This document shows, piece by piece, positions 40,174 through 50,372 of a stretch of DNA of 52,244 bases. The stretch lies in IMG/VR virus record IMGVR_UViG_3300024992_000001. The stretch is one strand, 5' to 3'. A program made the translations under genes and the position numbers. Every line of letters starts with the position of its first letter. Position 1 is the first letter of the stretch. A model generated the notes under the pieces. That model ran no database searches and had not been told where the DNA came from. It was given only the letters and a program-made list of their open reading frames with translations. Source of the stretch: a virus.

Positions 40174-43100
40174 ATGGAAGATGTTGGCGTAAGGTTTATA
40201 GCCCAGGGGTTTGACGACTTCCAGGGCACCATGACCGCCGCAACCAAGTCCGTTGAAAAATTCGGAGAGGCTGCCGGCGGCTTTTCCTTGCAGTTCGACA
40301 TTTTCTCTTCCGGGATTAAAGAAGCTACTTCGGCGGTCAAGGGCATGGCTCCAGGTCTGGATACCTGGAGCAAGGCTATGAAAGACGCCCAGACTCAGAC
40401 CGTTAATTTCACTTCCACTTCAAAAAATGTAACCGAATTCAAATCAACCTTTTCCGCTACTACCAGGGAAATTTCTTCCAGTACCGATTCTGCAAAGACC
40501 TCAATTATAAATTTCGGCGGGGCTATCAAGGGTATAGCCGGCGCTGTAGGTGGTTTCGCCGGGGGCGCGGTTGTTTCGACTATCTCAGGGATTGCCGGGG
40601 CTGCCGGTAAAGCTGCTTCGGGCCTGGCCGATATGGGCAAGGCGGCCCTGGGTACCGCCGCGAGCGGCCTTAAAACGGTTGGCAGCCTGGCTCTTGATGC
40701 TGCCGGCGCCCTTGCCAGTCTCGGTTTAAAAGCTGCCGAAGCTGGAGTTAATGCTGCTAAAGGGTTTACCGTTGACAGCGTCAAAGTTTATACCGATTTT
40801 TCTCAGAAAATTTCCGGGATTGCAGCGGTAGCCGGGGCTACTTCCGAAGAGCTCCAGCAGATGAGCGACAAGGCCCTGGAGTTAGGGGCTAAATTCCCGG
40901 TCTCGGCCAGCCAGGCCGCCGACGCTATGGCTAATCTTGCCAGCGCCGGTTTTAAGGCTAAAGACACCATCGCGGCAGCTGATTCTGTCGTTCTGCTCGC
41001 TACCGCCGGCCAGCTCGACATGGCGAAGTCGGCTGACATTCTTTCGTCAGCGATGAACGGCTTCAACCTGGTTACCAATGATACTGCTACCAACGTCAAA
41101 AACGCTGCTCACGTAACCGACCTTATGGCCGCTACCGCTAACGCGAGCGCGGTCAGTATCCAGGACATCGGCGCAACAATGAAATATGTTGCCCCGGTAG
41201 CCCAGGCCGCCGGCTTCAGTATCGAGGATATGTCCAAGGCAATCGGCCTTATGGGTAACGCCGGTATCAAGGGTAGCTCGGCTGGTACGGCGCTTCGCTC
41301 GATTATTACCCGCCTGGCCGCTCCGACCGCTGAGAGTGCGGCGGCTATGGAAACGCTCGGCCTTAAAATGACCGACGCGAGCGGTAAGGCCCGGCCTTTC
41401 CAGGATATTTTATTAGAACTACGTAGCAAGTTCGGTAAGCTCTCCCAGGTCCAGCAGGTAGACCTTGCCAAAAAGCTCGGCGGTCAGGAAGCTATGGCCG
41501 GGCTGTTGGCTATGGTAAATGCCAGCCCGGAAGCCTTCGACAACATGTCCAAGTCCATAGACGAAGCCGGTGGGGCCGCTTCCGATATGGCCGCCGTAAT
41601 GTCGGATAACCTTAACGGCAAGCTCCAGAACATGCAGGGCTCAATTGAAACCCTGCAAATTAAATTCGGGAAGGCCCTGGCCCCGGCTATCGGAGCAGTC
41701 TACGACGAAATTTCTGACCTGGCTAACAAACTGGGCCCCTTCGCCGACCAGTTAGCCCCTAAAGTCTCCCTGGCTGTGGATAAAGTAAAAACCACAGTTG
41801 ACGGCCTTTCCAAGGGCTGGGGTATTTTTAAGGGGGCTTTTAGCTCTGGTTTTACGGTACCGCCGGGCTGGGATGGCCTGGTAGGGACAATGGGGCGGCT
41901 AGGGACTGCCCTGGCCCCGTTAAAAGGGGCTGTAAGCGATTTAATAACCGCTATCCTACCCGAACCAGCTATCAAGTTTTCGGATAGTATCGGCGGGGTA
42001 GCTCAGGCTGCCCAGGACGCTCACCCGGTCATTGATGGTATAGCAACCATTGTAAATACCGTCCTGGTGCCAGGCATCGAGAAGGCGGCCCAGGTCGTCG
42101 ATACCATGCAACTGGCCTTCTCCAAGGTCCAGGGGGCTATCGGCCCGGCCATGCCTACCCTGACCGACCTGGCCGGCAAAGCGCTCGCCATTTACCAGGC
42201 GGTCAGCCCCTTAAATATCGCCCTTGATGTGTTTACCGGGATTGTTACCGGCGGGTTACCAGGCGGGATAGATGCTCTCGGCCAGCACGTAGTAGACCTG
42301 GGCAAGGTCTTTGGAGTGGACCTGTCCGACCCGGTCAACACCGTAACCGGGTTTATCAAAACCGATTTAATCCCCGGAATCGGTACCATCGCTCAAACCA
42401 TAATGGATACTGCCCCGAAGGTTATCAAATTCGGGCAGGATTTCCTGGACCAGGTTTTACCGCCGATTCAATCCTTTATCGGCTGGCTTGATACAAACGT
42501 CAGCCCTGTGGTCAATTCGGCTTTTGACACTTTCCAGACCGTTGTTTTACCTGCCCTGGGCCGGTTCGGGGATTTTATAAAAGAAACCGTTTTACCCAGG
42601 GTTGGAGACCTGGTTAATTTTATCGGGGAAAAAGTAAAACCCATTTTTGAAAAGGGTTTCGAGGTTCTCTCCACAACCGTAATCCCTACCATAGGTAACC
42701 TGGTCAGCGTTATAACCGATAACGTAATCCCTACCCTTATGAGCTGGTGGTCCATTATCGGGACCGTCCTGGAACCCATAATTTCCTTCCTGGCTGACGT
42801 AATAACGACCGTCGTTTTACCGGCTATTCAAAAAATCTGGGGCTTCATAAACGACCCGCTTATCCCGATTTTCAAGAACCTGGCTAACATAGCCAATACC
42901 GTTGTTTTACCGGCAGTCCAGGGCATAGCTAACTTCTTTAACGAAGGGTTGCACGGGGCCATTGATAAGATTATTTCTATCTGGAATGACCTGATAGACC
43001 GTTTTGGAAACGGTGCCGATGCCATAGGTAAGCTTTTTTCGGGTGACATTCCGGGAGCTTTCGACGCTTTCTCGAAGGCAGCAGAAGGTACTAAAAATAA

Positions 43101-44448
43101 AATTAATGTCACCTGGGATGATACTACCAAGTCTTCGTCCGACCTGGCAAAAAATATTGAGAACGATACCGCTTCGGCCAGCAGCTCCTGGGGTACTGCT
43201 GCTACCGATATAGGCACTTCTTCTTCCAATATTCAGACCGCTGCCGGGAATGTCTCTACTGCTACTTCCGGCATGGCTACGAATGTTCAGGGGGATTTTA
43301 ACAAGGTCGGCACGACCGTTAAAAACCAGAACTATACCGCTGATGCTACCGCCGCCGGTAAAACCATTTCCCAGGGCCTTATGGCCGGTATCAGCGCTAT
43401 GGCGGCGGCGGTAGCGAGCGCGGCTTCTAACGTGGCTCAGGGGGCTATTAATTCGGCCAAACGGACACTTTCTAGCGCTTCCCCTTCTAAGGTTTTCATC
43501 GGTATCGGCGAAGATGTTTCGCTCGGTTTTGCTATAGGTATTACCAACCAGGGGGATTTACCCTCTACCGCCATAGGCCAGGTAATCGACGGCGTGCTGG
43601 AGACTGTGGAGATACATCAAACTCAATTTGAAAAGAGTCTGGATTATGTTCCGTATACCTTCGAACAACTGGCACCTTCCATAACCAGTTTTAAGCCAAA
43701 AATCACCGGCGCTATAACCGATCTTACCGGCACAATGGGCCAGATAATCGAGGACAACACTAAGCCTATCGAGGACCAGTTACACAATATTTCCTTCCAG
43801 GTCGACCAGACCGGGCAAGATATAGCCGATAAATCTACAGGACCTGGGAGCCCCGCCGACGCTATGTCCGGTGTTTTAGATGCGGTTGGCAAGGTCATTG
43901 ACAGCTATACAACCATCCTGGTCCAGAAACTTACCGACCTGCTCAACCGGGTTAACCAGATTCTAGCGGCTATAACTTCGGCGGTAAACCAGGCGAACGG
44001 TACCCAGTTTCATAATTACGGCGATGACCCGGTCAGCTCGCACGGCCCCTGGGTTGTTACCAACTCCGGCAACGGCAATAACAGCTCTGCCGCTTCAAAT
44101 GGCCTTATCCCTGCCTTTGCGAGCGGTATCCAGGGTTTCAGGGGCGGCATGGCTTTTATCGCCGATAGGGGCCCGGAGATGGTTAATTTGCCGAGCGGCC
44201 AGAGTTATTTAGCAGCTATGCCGACCGTTGCTTCCTTACCTGCCGGCACCGATATTCTCTCGGCCCCGGCAACCAGGGGCATGCTCCAGGGTAAATACTC
44301 GAATTACAGCCCGGCGGCAACCGGCGGTCAGATTTATAACTCTACTACCAGCTATACCGACGCCCGGCAGTACAACCTGAGTATGCAATCAATGCGAAGT
44401 ACCGAAAATATTGCTATTGATTTCAGAATTTTAGAGACCCTTAGTTAG
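40174..44448 (+). CDS. Tail tape measure protein (1424 aa)
   Basis: Very long Ala/Gly-rich helical protein. Its core resembles TP901-type tape measures (SASQAADAMANLASAGF...ILSSAMNGF...GSSAGTALRSIITRLA). Confidence 0.85.
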   Translation: MEDVGVRFIAQGFDDFQGTMTAATKSVEKFGEAAGGFSLQFDIFSSGIKEATSAVKGMAPGLDTWSKAMKDAQTQTVNFTSTSKNVTEFKSTFSATTREISSSTDSAKTSIINFGGAIKGIAGAVGGFAGGAVVSTISGIAGAAGKAASGLADMGKAALGTAASGLKTVGSLALDAAGALASLGLKAAEAGVNAAKGFTVDSVKVYTDFSQKISGIAAVAGATSEELQQMSDKALELGAKFPVSASQAADAMANLASAGFKAKDTIAAADSVVLLATAGQLDMAKSADILSSAMNGFNLVTNDTATNVKNAAHVTDLMAATANASAVSIQDIGATMKYVAPVAQAAGFSIEDMSKAIGLMGNAGIKGSSAGTALRSIITRLAAPTAESAAAMETLGLKMTDASGKARPFQDILLELRSKFGKLSQVQQVDLAKKLGGQEAMAGLLAMVNASPEAFDNMSKSIDEAGGAASDMAAVMSDNLNGKLQNMQGSIETLQIKFGKALAPAIGAVYDEISDLANKLGPFADQLAPKVSLAVDKVKTTVDGLSKGWGIFKGAFSSGFTVPPGWDGLVGTMGRLGTALAPLKGAVSDLITAILPEPAIKFSDSIGGVAQAAQDAHPVIDGIATIVNTVLVPGIEKAAQVVDTMQLAFSKVQGAIGPAMPTLTDLAGKALAIYQAVSPLNIALDVFTGIVTGGLPGGIDALGQHVVDLGKVFGVDLSDPVNTVTGFIKTDLIPGIGTIAQTIMDTAPKVIKFGQDFLDQVLPPIQSFIGWLDTNVSPVVNSAFDTFQTVVLPALGRFGDFIKETVLPRVGDLVNFIGEKVKPIFEKGFEVLSTTVIPTIGNLVSVITDNVIPTLMSWWSIIGTVLEPIISFLADVITTVVLPAIQKIWGFINDPLIPIFKNLANIANTVVLPAVQGIANFFNEGLHGAIDKIISIWNDLIDRFGNGADAIGKLFSGDIPGAFDAFSKAAEGTKNKINVTWDDTTKSSSDLAKNIENDTASASSSWGTAATDIGTSSSNIQTAAGNVSTATSGMATNVQGDFNKVGTTVKNQNYTADATAAGKTISQGLMAGISAMAAAVASAASNVAQGAINSAKRTLSSASPSKVFIGIGEDVSLGFAIGITNQGDLPSTAIGQVIDGVLETVEIHQTQFEKSLDYVPYTFEQLAPSITSFKPKITGAITDLTGTMGQIIEDNTKPIEDQLHNISFQVDQTGQDIADKSTGPGSPADAMSGVLDAVGKVIDSYTTILVQKLTDLLNRVNQILAAITSAVNQANGTQFHNYGDDPVSSHGPWVVTNSGNGNNSSAASNGLIPAFASGIQGFRGGMAFIADRGPEMVNLPSGQSYLAAMPTVASLPAGTDILSAPATRGMLQGKYSNYSPAATGGQIYNSTTSYTDARQYNLSMQSMRSTENIAIDFRILETLS

Positions 44449-44456
44449 GAAAAACA

Positions 44457-46409
44457 ATGCCAGGTTACCAGCACTCGCAAATACCGGATAATAATTTTAC
44501 TTATGCCCTGGCTCCCCTTTTAGGGAAAGGCTTTTTTTCCATTGTTAATAATACCTCTGGCAGCGTTGTTAATTTGAATTTACCCGGTCTTCAGGTGCTG
44601 GCTTATGCCGGCACAGGATTACCGCCTATTCAAAATACTATAATTCCTTACGGTTTATTACCTGGTGGATTTTTACAAAGGACTACCCCGCAATCCAGGC
44701 CGATAATTTTATCCTTTGCTGCCCAGGCCAATACTCATTTCAATTTACAGAAATTAAAACAGTCTTTAATAAACCTGGTTGCCCCTTCCAATTCTTTGCA
44801 GACTGCAAAAGATTTGAGTTTGCGCTTCCAGGCTGTGGACTATAACGGGAATAAAATCGGTGACCCTCTGGACTGCCCGGTTATTTATACCGGCGGCCTG
44901 GAAGGTAATACGACCGACCTTTATTCGGAAAAGTTTGCGCTCAATTTTTTAGAGTTGGCTCCGCCTTCCATAACCGAACTTACTTCCAATACCGTTAATA
45001 CTAATTTTTTCTCTACGGCTGCTAACTCCCTGGGCTATCAATATAAGACCGGGCCGACCGGCACCTGGAATGTCGCAAACGTCGGTAACGGGCCTATAGG
45101 AGCGCTCTTGTATGACCAGTCAGGTGATTTATGGTACGGGAATTCAAACACTCAGGCTAAAGTAGCTAACCGGTCTGGCACAGTTAACCAGGCTATTTCT
45201 TACAGCCCGATACCTGCTGCTTCTCAGGTAAGTACTATAATCCAGGCCCCGAACCAGGATATTTATATAGGCGGTAATTTCGATACTCCACAGTCTTACG
45301 TCATGAAATATTCCGGCGGTACTTTTCAGAGCGCCGGGCCTACCACTCCCCCGAACGGCGCTGTCAGTTCCATGGTTATGGACAATTACGGCAACATTTA
45401 TATCGCTTCGCTTTCAAGCGGATTCTCATCGCCTTCCGGCCATTTTGCCAAAATGACAGGGACTACCTGGTCTTCAGTAGGTACCGGCACGACCGGCTCG
45501 GTCCGGTGCATGGTAAAAGGCCCGGACGGTTTTATTTACCTGGCCGGGACTTTCTCCAGTTTCGGCGGTGTAAGCGCTAATAATATTGTTAAATACGACC
45601 CGGTTTCTTTTAATTTTACTGCGCTGGGTTCCGGTATAACCGGTGGCGGCGGTGCTATCTGGTCAATCGGCTTTTTGCCGGACGGCAGGTTAATTGCTGC
45701 CGGTGATTTTACAACTGCTGGCGGTCAGACTGCTAAAAATATAGCAATCTGGAACGGTACGAGCTGGTCGGCCCTGGGCCCCGGCCTTAACGGTATAGTT
45801 CGGACTCTGACCATAGACCCGGTAAACGGCGACGTTTATGTTTTCGGGCTTTTTACTCAGACCGGGGATAACACTTACCCGATTTCCCCTACCGCCGTTA
45901 AATGGAACGGTAGTATTTATACCCCTTTCGATATTTCCAGTAGCGGCGGTTCTACCGGGTTTTCGCAATCGGCTTTTCGAGTTTCCGATAAAGAACTGGC
46001 CCTGGCAGTCAACGCTTCCCTTACCCTGAATTATTCCGGGGTTACCACGATTAATTACACCGGAACGGCTGACTGCTTTCCCTTGATTAAATTTACCGGG
46101 TTTTGCCAACCGGTTTTTATCGCTAACAGCACAACTAAAAAAGTTCTTTATTTTAATAATTATTATTGCCAGCCTGGCGAAATAGCTTACCTGCAAGCCG
46201 GCGGCCCGAACGGAGTTTCTTTTACCTCGAATTTTCCGCAAGCCAATTCCAACATATTAAATAAGCTCCTGGGCGGCAGCGATATGTCAGCTTTTAGCCT
46301 GGTGCCTGGAGTCAATAATATCGTTGTTTTTGTACTAAGTTTTATTTCCCCTGGGAAAATCGAGCTTATTTACAAAAATACTCACTGGGGATTTGAGGCC
46401 GGCGCATGA
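44457..46409 (+). CDS. Distal tail protein (Dit-like) with an inserted beta-propeller-like repeat domain (650 aa)
   Basis: First ORF after the tape measure. Four or more repeats of the type G.F...GG.....I..W.G..W..LG.G.NG are present (e.g. AAGDFTTAGGQTAKNIAIWNGTSWSALGPGLNG). Confidence 0.55.
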   Translation: MPGYQHSQIPDNNFTYALAPLLGKGFFSIVNNTSGSVVNLNLPGLQVLAYAGTGLPPIQNTIIPYGLLPGGFLQRTTPQSRPIILSFAAQANTHFNLQKLKQSLINLVAPSNSLQTAKDLSLRFQAVDYNGNKIGDPLDCPVIYTGGLEGNTTDLYSEKFALNFLELAPPSITELTSNTVNTNFFSTAANSLGYQYKTGPTGTWNVANVGNGPIGALLYDQSGDLWYGNSNTQAKVANRSGTVNQAISYSPIPAASQVSTIIQAPNQDIYIGGNFDTPQSYVMKYSGGTFQSAGPTTPPNGAVSSMVMDNYGNIYIASLSSGFSSPSGHFAKMTGTTWSSVGTGTTGSVRCMVKGPDGFIYLAGTFSSFGGVSANNIVKYDPVSFNFTALGSGITGGGGAIWSIGFLPDGRLIAAGDFTTAGGQTAKNIAIWNGTSWSALGPGLNGIVRTLTIDPVNGDVYVFGLFTQTGDNTYPISPTAVKWNGSIYTPFDISSSGGSTGFSQSAFRVSDKELALAVNASLTLNYSGVTTINYTGTADCFPLIKFTGFCQPVFIANSTTKKVLYFNNYYCQPGEIAYLQAGGPNGVSFTSNFPQANSNILNKLLGGSDMSAFSLVPGVNNIVVFVLSFISPGKIELIYKNTHWGFEAGA

Positions 46410-47548
46410 TAACAACTAGCGGCAGCAACTACGATGTTTATTTAAACAGCCCGGTCGGCCAGCGCCTGAAGGTTATACCGGATTTTGTAAAACTTAATTA
46501 CTCTTACGCTGAAAAAAAATTAGGTAACCTGGTCATAGTGGTACCTATAAAATATTTGCCTTTTGTAAGCGAGTATTGTCAGATTGAGATATGGCGTAAA
46601 GCAGCAGGGCAAACCATAGCAAAGCTCGAACTCGAAGCCCTGTGGATTATCCTTTATTACCGGCCCTATGTTTCTGACCGGGGAGAGTTATTATTAGAGA
46701 TTGCTGCTGTAGACGGTAAACTGGCTCTCTTAAACCGGATTGTCGCTTATTTTTCAGGGACTTCTCAGGCTTCTAAGAGCGGTTTTGCTGGAAACATCAT
46801 TAAATCTATCGCTTCCGAAAATATTGCTTCCACAGCCAATGACTATACCGGGACGGCCAACACCGGGCTTTACCCACGCGGTATTCCCAGTAATTATTTT
46901 TCAATCCAGCCTAATCTAAATGACGGCGCGAGCGTCGATATGAGTTTTGCCTGGCAGAATTGTCTCGAAGCCATGCAGGATATAGCCGATGCTTCGGAAA
47001 CTGCCGGCACCTACCTTGGATTCGATACAGTTTACGACGGTGCCGGTAAGCTGGAACTTCGAACTTACTCTAAACAGCGGGGAACTGACCGTACCCTCAA
47101 TAGTATGAATCCGGTAATCCTGGACCCGAGTTTTGGGAATTTTGGTTCTGCTCAATTTGAATTTGACTATAACAACGAAATTAATTTTGTTTATTGCGGC
47201 GGCCAGGATACAGGCACAAGCCGGAAAGTTGCTACTTCGGCAAACGTAGCCAGGTGGACCCTGGGTCCGTTCTCCCGGCGTGAGACTTTTGAAGACGCTC
47301 GGCAAAGTGACACACTGGCTCAGGTCCAGGACAGTGCTGACGCGGCCCTGCGAGCGGGCAAGGGCAATATTGTTTTCTCCGGCCAGTTAATTGAAACTCC
47401 CTTTAATCGCTACGGAATTGATTACAACTTCGGTGATATTTTACCCTGCCAGTTTTTAGGTAAATTGAATAATTGTCGTTTGAATCAGTTAGCGGTTAAC
47501 GTCGAAGGCAAAGAGGAAATCCAGGTACAGCTAACAGGTATTCTATGA
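46406..47548 (+). CDS. Tail-associated (Tal-like) baseplate protein (380 aa)
   Basis: ATGA coupling. Second ORF after the tape measure. Confidence 0.5.
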   Translation: MITTSGSNYDVYLNSPVGQRLKVIPDFVKLNYSYAEKKLGNLVIVVPIKYLPFVSEYCQIEIWRKAAGQTIAKLELEALWIILYYRPYVSDRGELLLEIAAVDGKLALLNRIVAYFSGTSQASKSGFAGNIIKSIASENIASTANDYTGTANTGLYPRGIPSNYFSIQPNLNDGASVDMSFAWQNCLEAMQDIADASETAGTYLGFDTVYDGAGKLELRTYSKQRGTDRTLNSMNPVILDPSFGNFGSAQFEFDYNNEINFVYCGGQDTGTSRKVATSANVARWTLGPFSRRETFEDARQSDTLAQVQDSADAALRAGKGNIVFSGQLIETPFNRYGIDYNFGDILPCQFLGKLNNCRLNQLAVNVEGKEEIQVQLTGIL

Positions 47549-48210
47549 CAGCCGATTTTAACCCGCATATAAAAAGATTAAATAAAAAAACGGCCAGCCT
47601 GGAAAACGACATTAAAAAGTTAAAAACTTTAGATGTTTTTCAGGATATTGACGTTGTAAAAAAGGTCGCTACCCTGCCGGCGGCCAGCTCTGATTTAAAC
47701 GGTTACAGGTTTTTCCAGGATTCAGACAAACTCGAATATTACTGCGATGGTACCAAGTGGCTTTCAACCCAACTTTTTGAAGTTGAAATTAAGCAAACAG
47801 GCACCTATGCGCAACCTTTTACTTTTACAAGTAATGCTTCATTCGGCCAGGGGTCTGTCCATGGGTCTCTATTGGGGGCGATTCCTAGCAGTTCATTTGT
47901 TTTTGTTGGTATGGAGATTACTTGCTCTACTGCGGCAACTTATGACGCTACTCACTACTGGCAACCTAACGTATTCATAACTAACTCAGCCGGGGCTACT
48001 ACTGAAATATTCGGTGTGATTTTGCGTGACGCAACACACAATACAGCCGGTCAGATATATCATTTCGGCGCACCAGGAGTTAATACCGTTTACAACACCA
48101 GCACGGCGGCTTTGGTGGGATTGGTCTACCGCAACAATGTCTCGCCCTCAATTAGTGCCGGGACATTAACAGTTTACAAACAATCTGTTTTCATACGGAT
48201 TGTTGGTTAA
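47545..48210 (+). CDS. Putative receptor-binding/tail tip protein (221 aa)
   Basis: ATGA coupling. It is the last tail-module ORF, with a beta-rich C-terminal half. Confidence 0.4.
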   Translation: MTADFNPHIKRLNKKTASLENDIKKLKTLDVFQDIDVVKKVATLPAASSDLNGYRFFQDSDKLEYYCDGTKWLSTQLFEVEIKQTGTYAQPFTFTSNASFGQGSVHGSLLGAIPSSSFVFVGMEITCSTAATYDATHYWQPNVFITNSAGATTEIFGVILRDATHNTAGQIYHFGAPGVNTVYNTSTAALVGLVYRNNVSPSISAGTLTVYKQSVFIRIVG

Positions 48211-48264
48211 ATGACCAGGACTTTTACTCTCAGGAAAGTTGTTTAATCAACAAGGTCAAGGCAA

Positions 48265-48621
48265 ATGAACTTATTATTTACTCATTACGATATTTTTACG
48301 GACCTGTTAACGCCTGATAAAAACGCGATTCTTTCTTTTATTTACGGACTGGTGAGCGGCTGGCTCGGTACCTTTATTCGCAATTCGCTCATTCCCAGTT
48401 CGAAACCGGGAGTAAAAAAAGAAAGTCTTACTCATTACTTCGGTTGGTCTTCTTTTGGAGCCCTGGTAGCACTCTCTATAAATTCGCAACCCATAGTTTC
48501 TATAATTATCGGTTTCGGCGCTCCCAGTTTTTTTAAGGGTATGCAGGATATGACTCCCGGCCTGGTCGAGTTTATTAAAGCTAAGCTGCCCCAGGGCAAT
48601 ACGAACACGAAAAAGGATTAG
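48265..48621 (+). CDS. Membrane protein, holin candidate 1 (118 aa)
   Basis: About three hydrophobic segments and a charged C-terminus (NTNTKKD). Confidence 0.5.
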   Translation: MNLLFTHYDIFTDLLTPDKNAILSFIYGLVSGWLGTFIRNSLIPSSKPGVKKESLTHYFGWSSFGALVALSINSQPIVSIIIGFGAPSFFKGMQDMTPGLVEFIKAKLPQGNTNTKKD

Positions 48622-48625
48622 CAGT

Positions 48626-49015
48626 ATGGAATGGTTGAACAACTTAATCGACTGGGCCAATAGAGTCGACTTAGCCTGGCTAATCAAAGCTGAGTATATC
48701 CTTATGAACTTTTTTATCATCGGCCTGGTGACGATGATTTTCCAGAAGCCCCGCTGGATTCGATACCGGATAGTTTTAACTATCTGCATCGTTTTAATAG
48801 CTTTTTTCATGCGCTTTGCTTTCGTCAACGCTGCGAGCAGTTTCCAGGGCGGCTACGGTCCGGCCCTGGCCGGCTTCTTCAGTAACGATGTTATCCGGTC
48901 CCTCTTTCACATGGTCCTCTTATATTTCCTGGTTTACCGGTTCGTAAAAGTAAGCTGCCTTTCGAGCCAGCGAGCGATACGAGAAAAATATCTCAAGATT
49001 GCAAAGGAGAGTTGA
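48626..49015 (+). CDS. Membrane protein, holin/antiholin candidate 2 (129 aa)
   Basis: About four hydrophobic segments. Confidence 0.5.
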   Translation: MEWLNNLIDWANRVDLAWLIKAEYILMNFFIIGLVTMIFQKPRWIRYRIVLTICIVLIAFFMRFAFVNAASSFQGGYGPALAGFFSNDVIRSLFHMVLLYFLVYRFVKVSCLSSQRAIREKYLKIAKES

Positions 49016-49016
49016 T

Positions 49017-49376
49017 ATGTACGATTTTCATGTCCTTTACCAGCAAATTAACCAGCCGACACTTTCGTCGGCGGTTGACGTTGCCCTGGTCATTCTTTCC
49101 GGTTTTATATCCGCTTTTATCCTGCCGCCGCTGGTAGGCTTCCTGACGGCTAAAACGGCCCCAGGTTGGGTAAAAAGCCTTATAGCGTCCGTCCTGGCCC
49201 TTGTGGAAGCCCTGGTAGCCGTCTGGTTGGCCGGAGAGCTCAACTGGACCAATTACGCCGCTACAGCTCTTACTGTGCTCCTGGCCGCCGGCGCGAGTTA
49301 TAAGACGGTTACCGGTGAAATTTCGAAGAAAGCCCAGGAGACCGGGCTTCAAATCGGGGCTAACACTACAAGCTAG
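49017..49376 (+). CDS. Membrane protein, holin candidate 3 (119 aa; ATG chosen over TTG 48999)
   Basis: AAGGAG RBS before ATG 49017. Three hydrophobic segments. Confidence 0.5.
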   Translation: MYDFHVLYQQINQPTLSSAVDVALVILSGFISAFILPPLVGFLTAKTAPGWVKSLIASVLALVEALVAVWLAGELNWTNYAATALTVLLAAGASYKTVTGEISKKAQETGLQIGANTTS

Positions 49377-49385
49377 GAGATTAAA

Positions 49386-50312
49386 ATGATTCACTTTTTT
49401 ATAGCCTTCCTGGCGCTCCTGACGGCTCTGCCAGTCTTTGACCCGGGCAAAGACCCTGCTACGTCTCAAAGGCTGCTCAGCAGGGCCGGACGGGGCCGTA
49501 AGCGCTACGGGGTGACTTACCAGGCAGGTATTATCGTCATCCATATCCAGGAAGGTCTCAACGACTTACCGAGCTATTTCGCCGGTATCCTGGCCGACAG
49601 CACCTTCTGGGTTACCCGCGTCGGTGAAAAGGTTCGCATGATGTTCGACACGGACGAAGTGTGGACTAACGGTGATTTTACCGAGCCTATTAACCATACT
49701 AACCGGGTTATCCAGGCCATATTTAATTTACTGGCCCCCAGGGGCATAAACTCTAATGTTGTCTCTTTAACGATTGAAAACCAGGGTTTCGCCGGCCAGG
49801 AAATTACCGATGTTCAATACCAGGCCCTGGCCGAAGTCTGCGCTTACTGGTGTACGAAATTCGGCTGGCCGGCTGACAGGGAACATATCGTAGGTCATTA
49901 TGAAATCGGCGAGCACAAAGGCTGCCCTGGTAAAGCCGTATCGCTGGAAAGGTTGGTAAAAATGACTCAGCAGCTTATGAATACTCCACAGCCGACGAAT
50001 ATCGAGGACCCGTTCGGTGACCCGAACACCTGGCATTGTACGGTGACCGATAAATGGGTCGTAAACGAACATGGTTTCCTGGACCAGTGGCGGCGAATGG
50101 GCGGCCTGCCGGTTATCGGTTACCCGCTTACCGGGCTCCGGGTCCAGGCCGGCACTATCCCGGACCCTAAAAACCCGGAGACGGCTATCCTGGAGCAGTA
50201 TTTCGAGCGAGCCCGGTTCGAGTATCACCGGGACAAAGGGGTCTTTATGCTCGGCCTGGTCGGCTCCGAGGCCCTGGCGGCCAACATCGCCGCCGGCAAA
50301 GCGACCCCCTAA
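49386..50312 (+). CDS. Endolysin: N-acetylmuramoyl-L-alanine amidase (Amidase_2/PGRP type) with an N-terminal signal-anchor and a C-terminal wall-binding-like domain (308 aa)
   Basis: IIVIHIQEG, SLTIENQG and HIVGHYEIGEHKGCPG supply the zinc ligands. The N-terminus reads MIHFFIAFLALLTALPVF. Confidence 0.8.
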   Translation: MIHFFIAFLALLTALPVFDPGKDPATSQRLLSRAGRGRKRYGVTYQAGIIVIHIQEGLNDLPSYFAGILADSTFWVTRVGEKVRMMFDTDEVWTNGDFTEPINHTNRVIQAIFNLLAPRGINSNVVSLTIENQGFAGQEITDVQYQALAEVCAYWCTKFGWPADREHIVGHYEIGEHKGCPGKAVSLERLVKMTQQLMNTPQPTNIEDPFGDPNTWHCTVTDKWVVNEHGFLDQWRRMGGLPVIGYPLTGLRVQAGTIPDPKNPETAILEQYFERARFEYHRDKGVFMLGLVGSEALAANIAAGKATP

Positions 50313-50336
50313 ACAACATCTTCTGTCATCTAAACA

Positions 50337-50372
50337 GGCCATGCTCCGGGCGGTTGCATGGCCCTTATTTTA
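50337..50372. terminator. Bidirectional terminator between the convergent lysis and rep genes
   Basis: GGCCATGC-N11-GCATGGCC followed by CTTATTTTATT. Confidence 0.6.
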
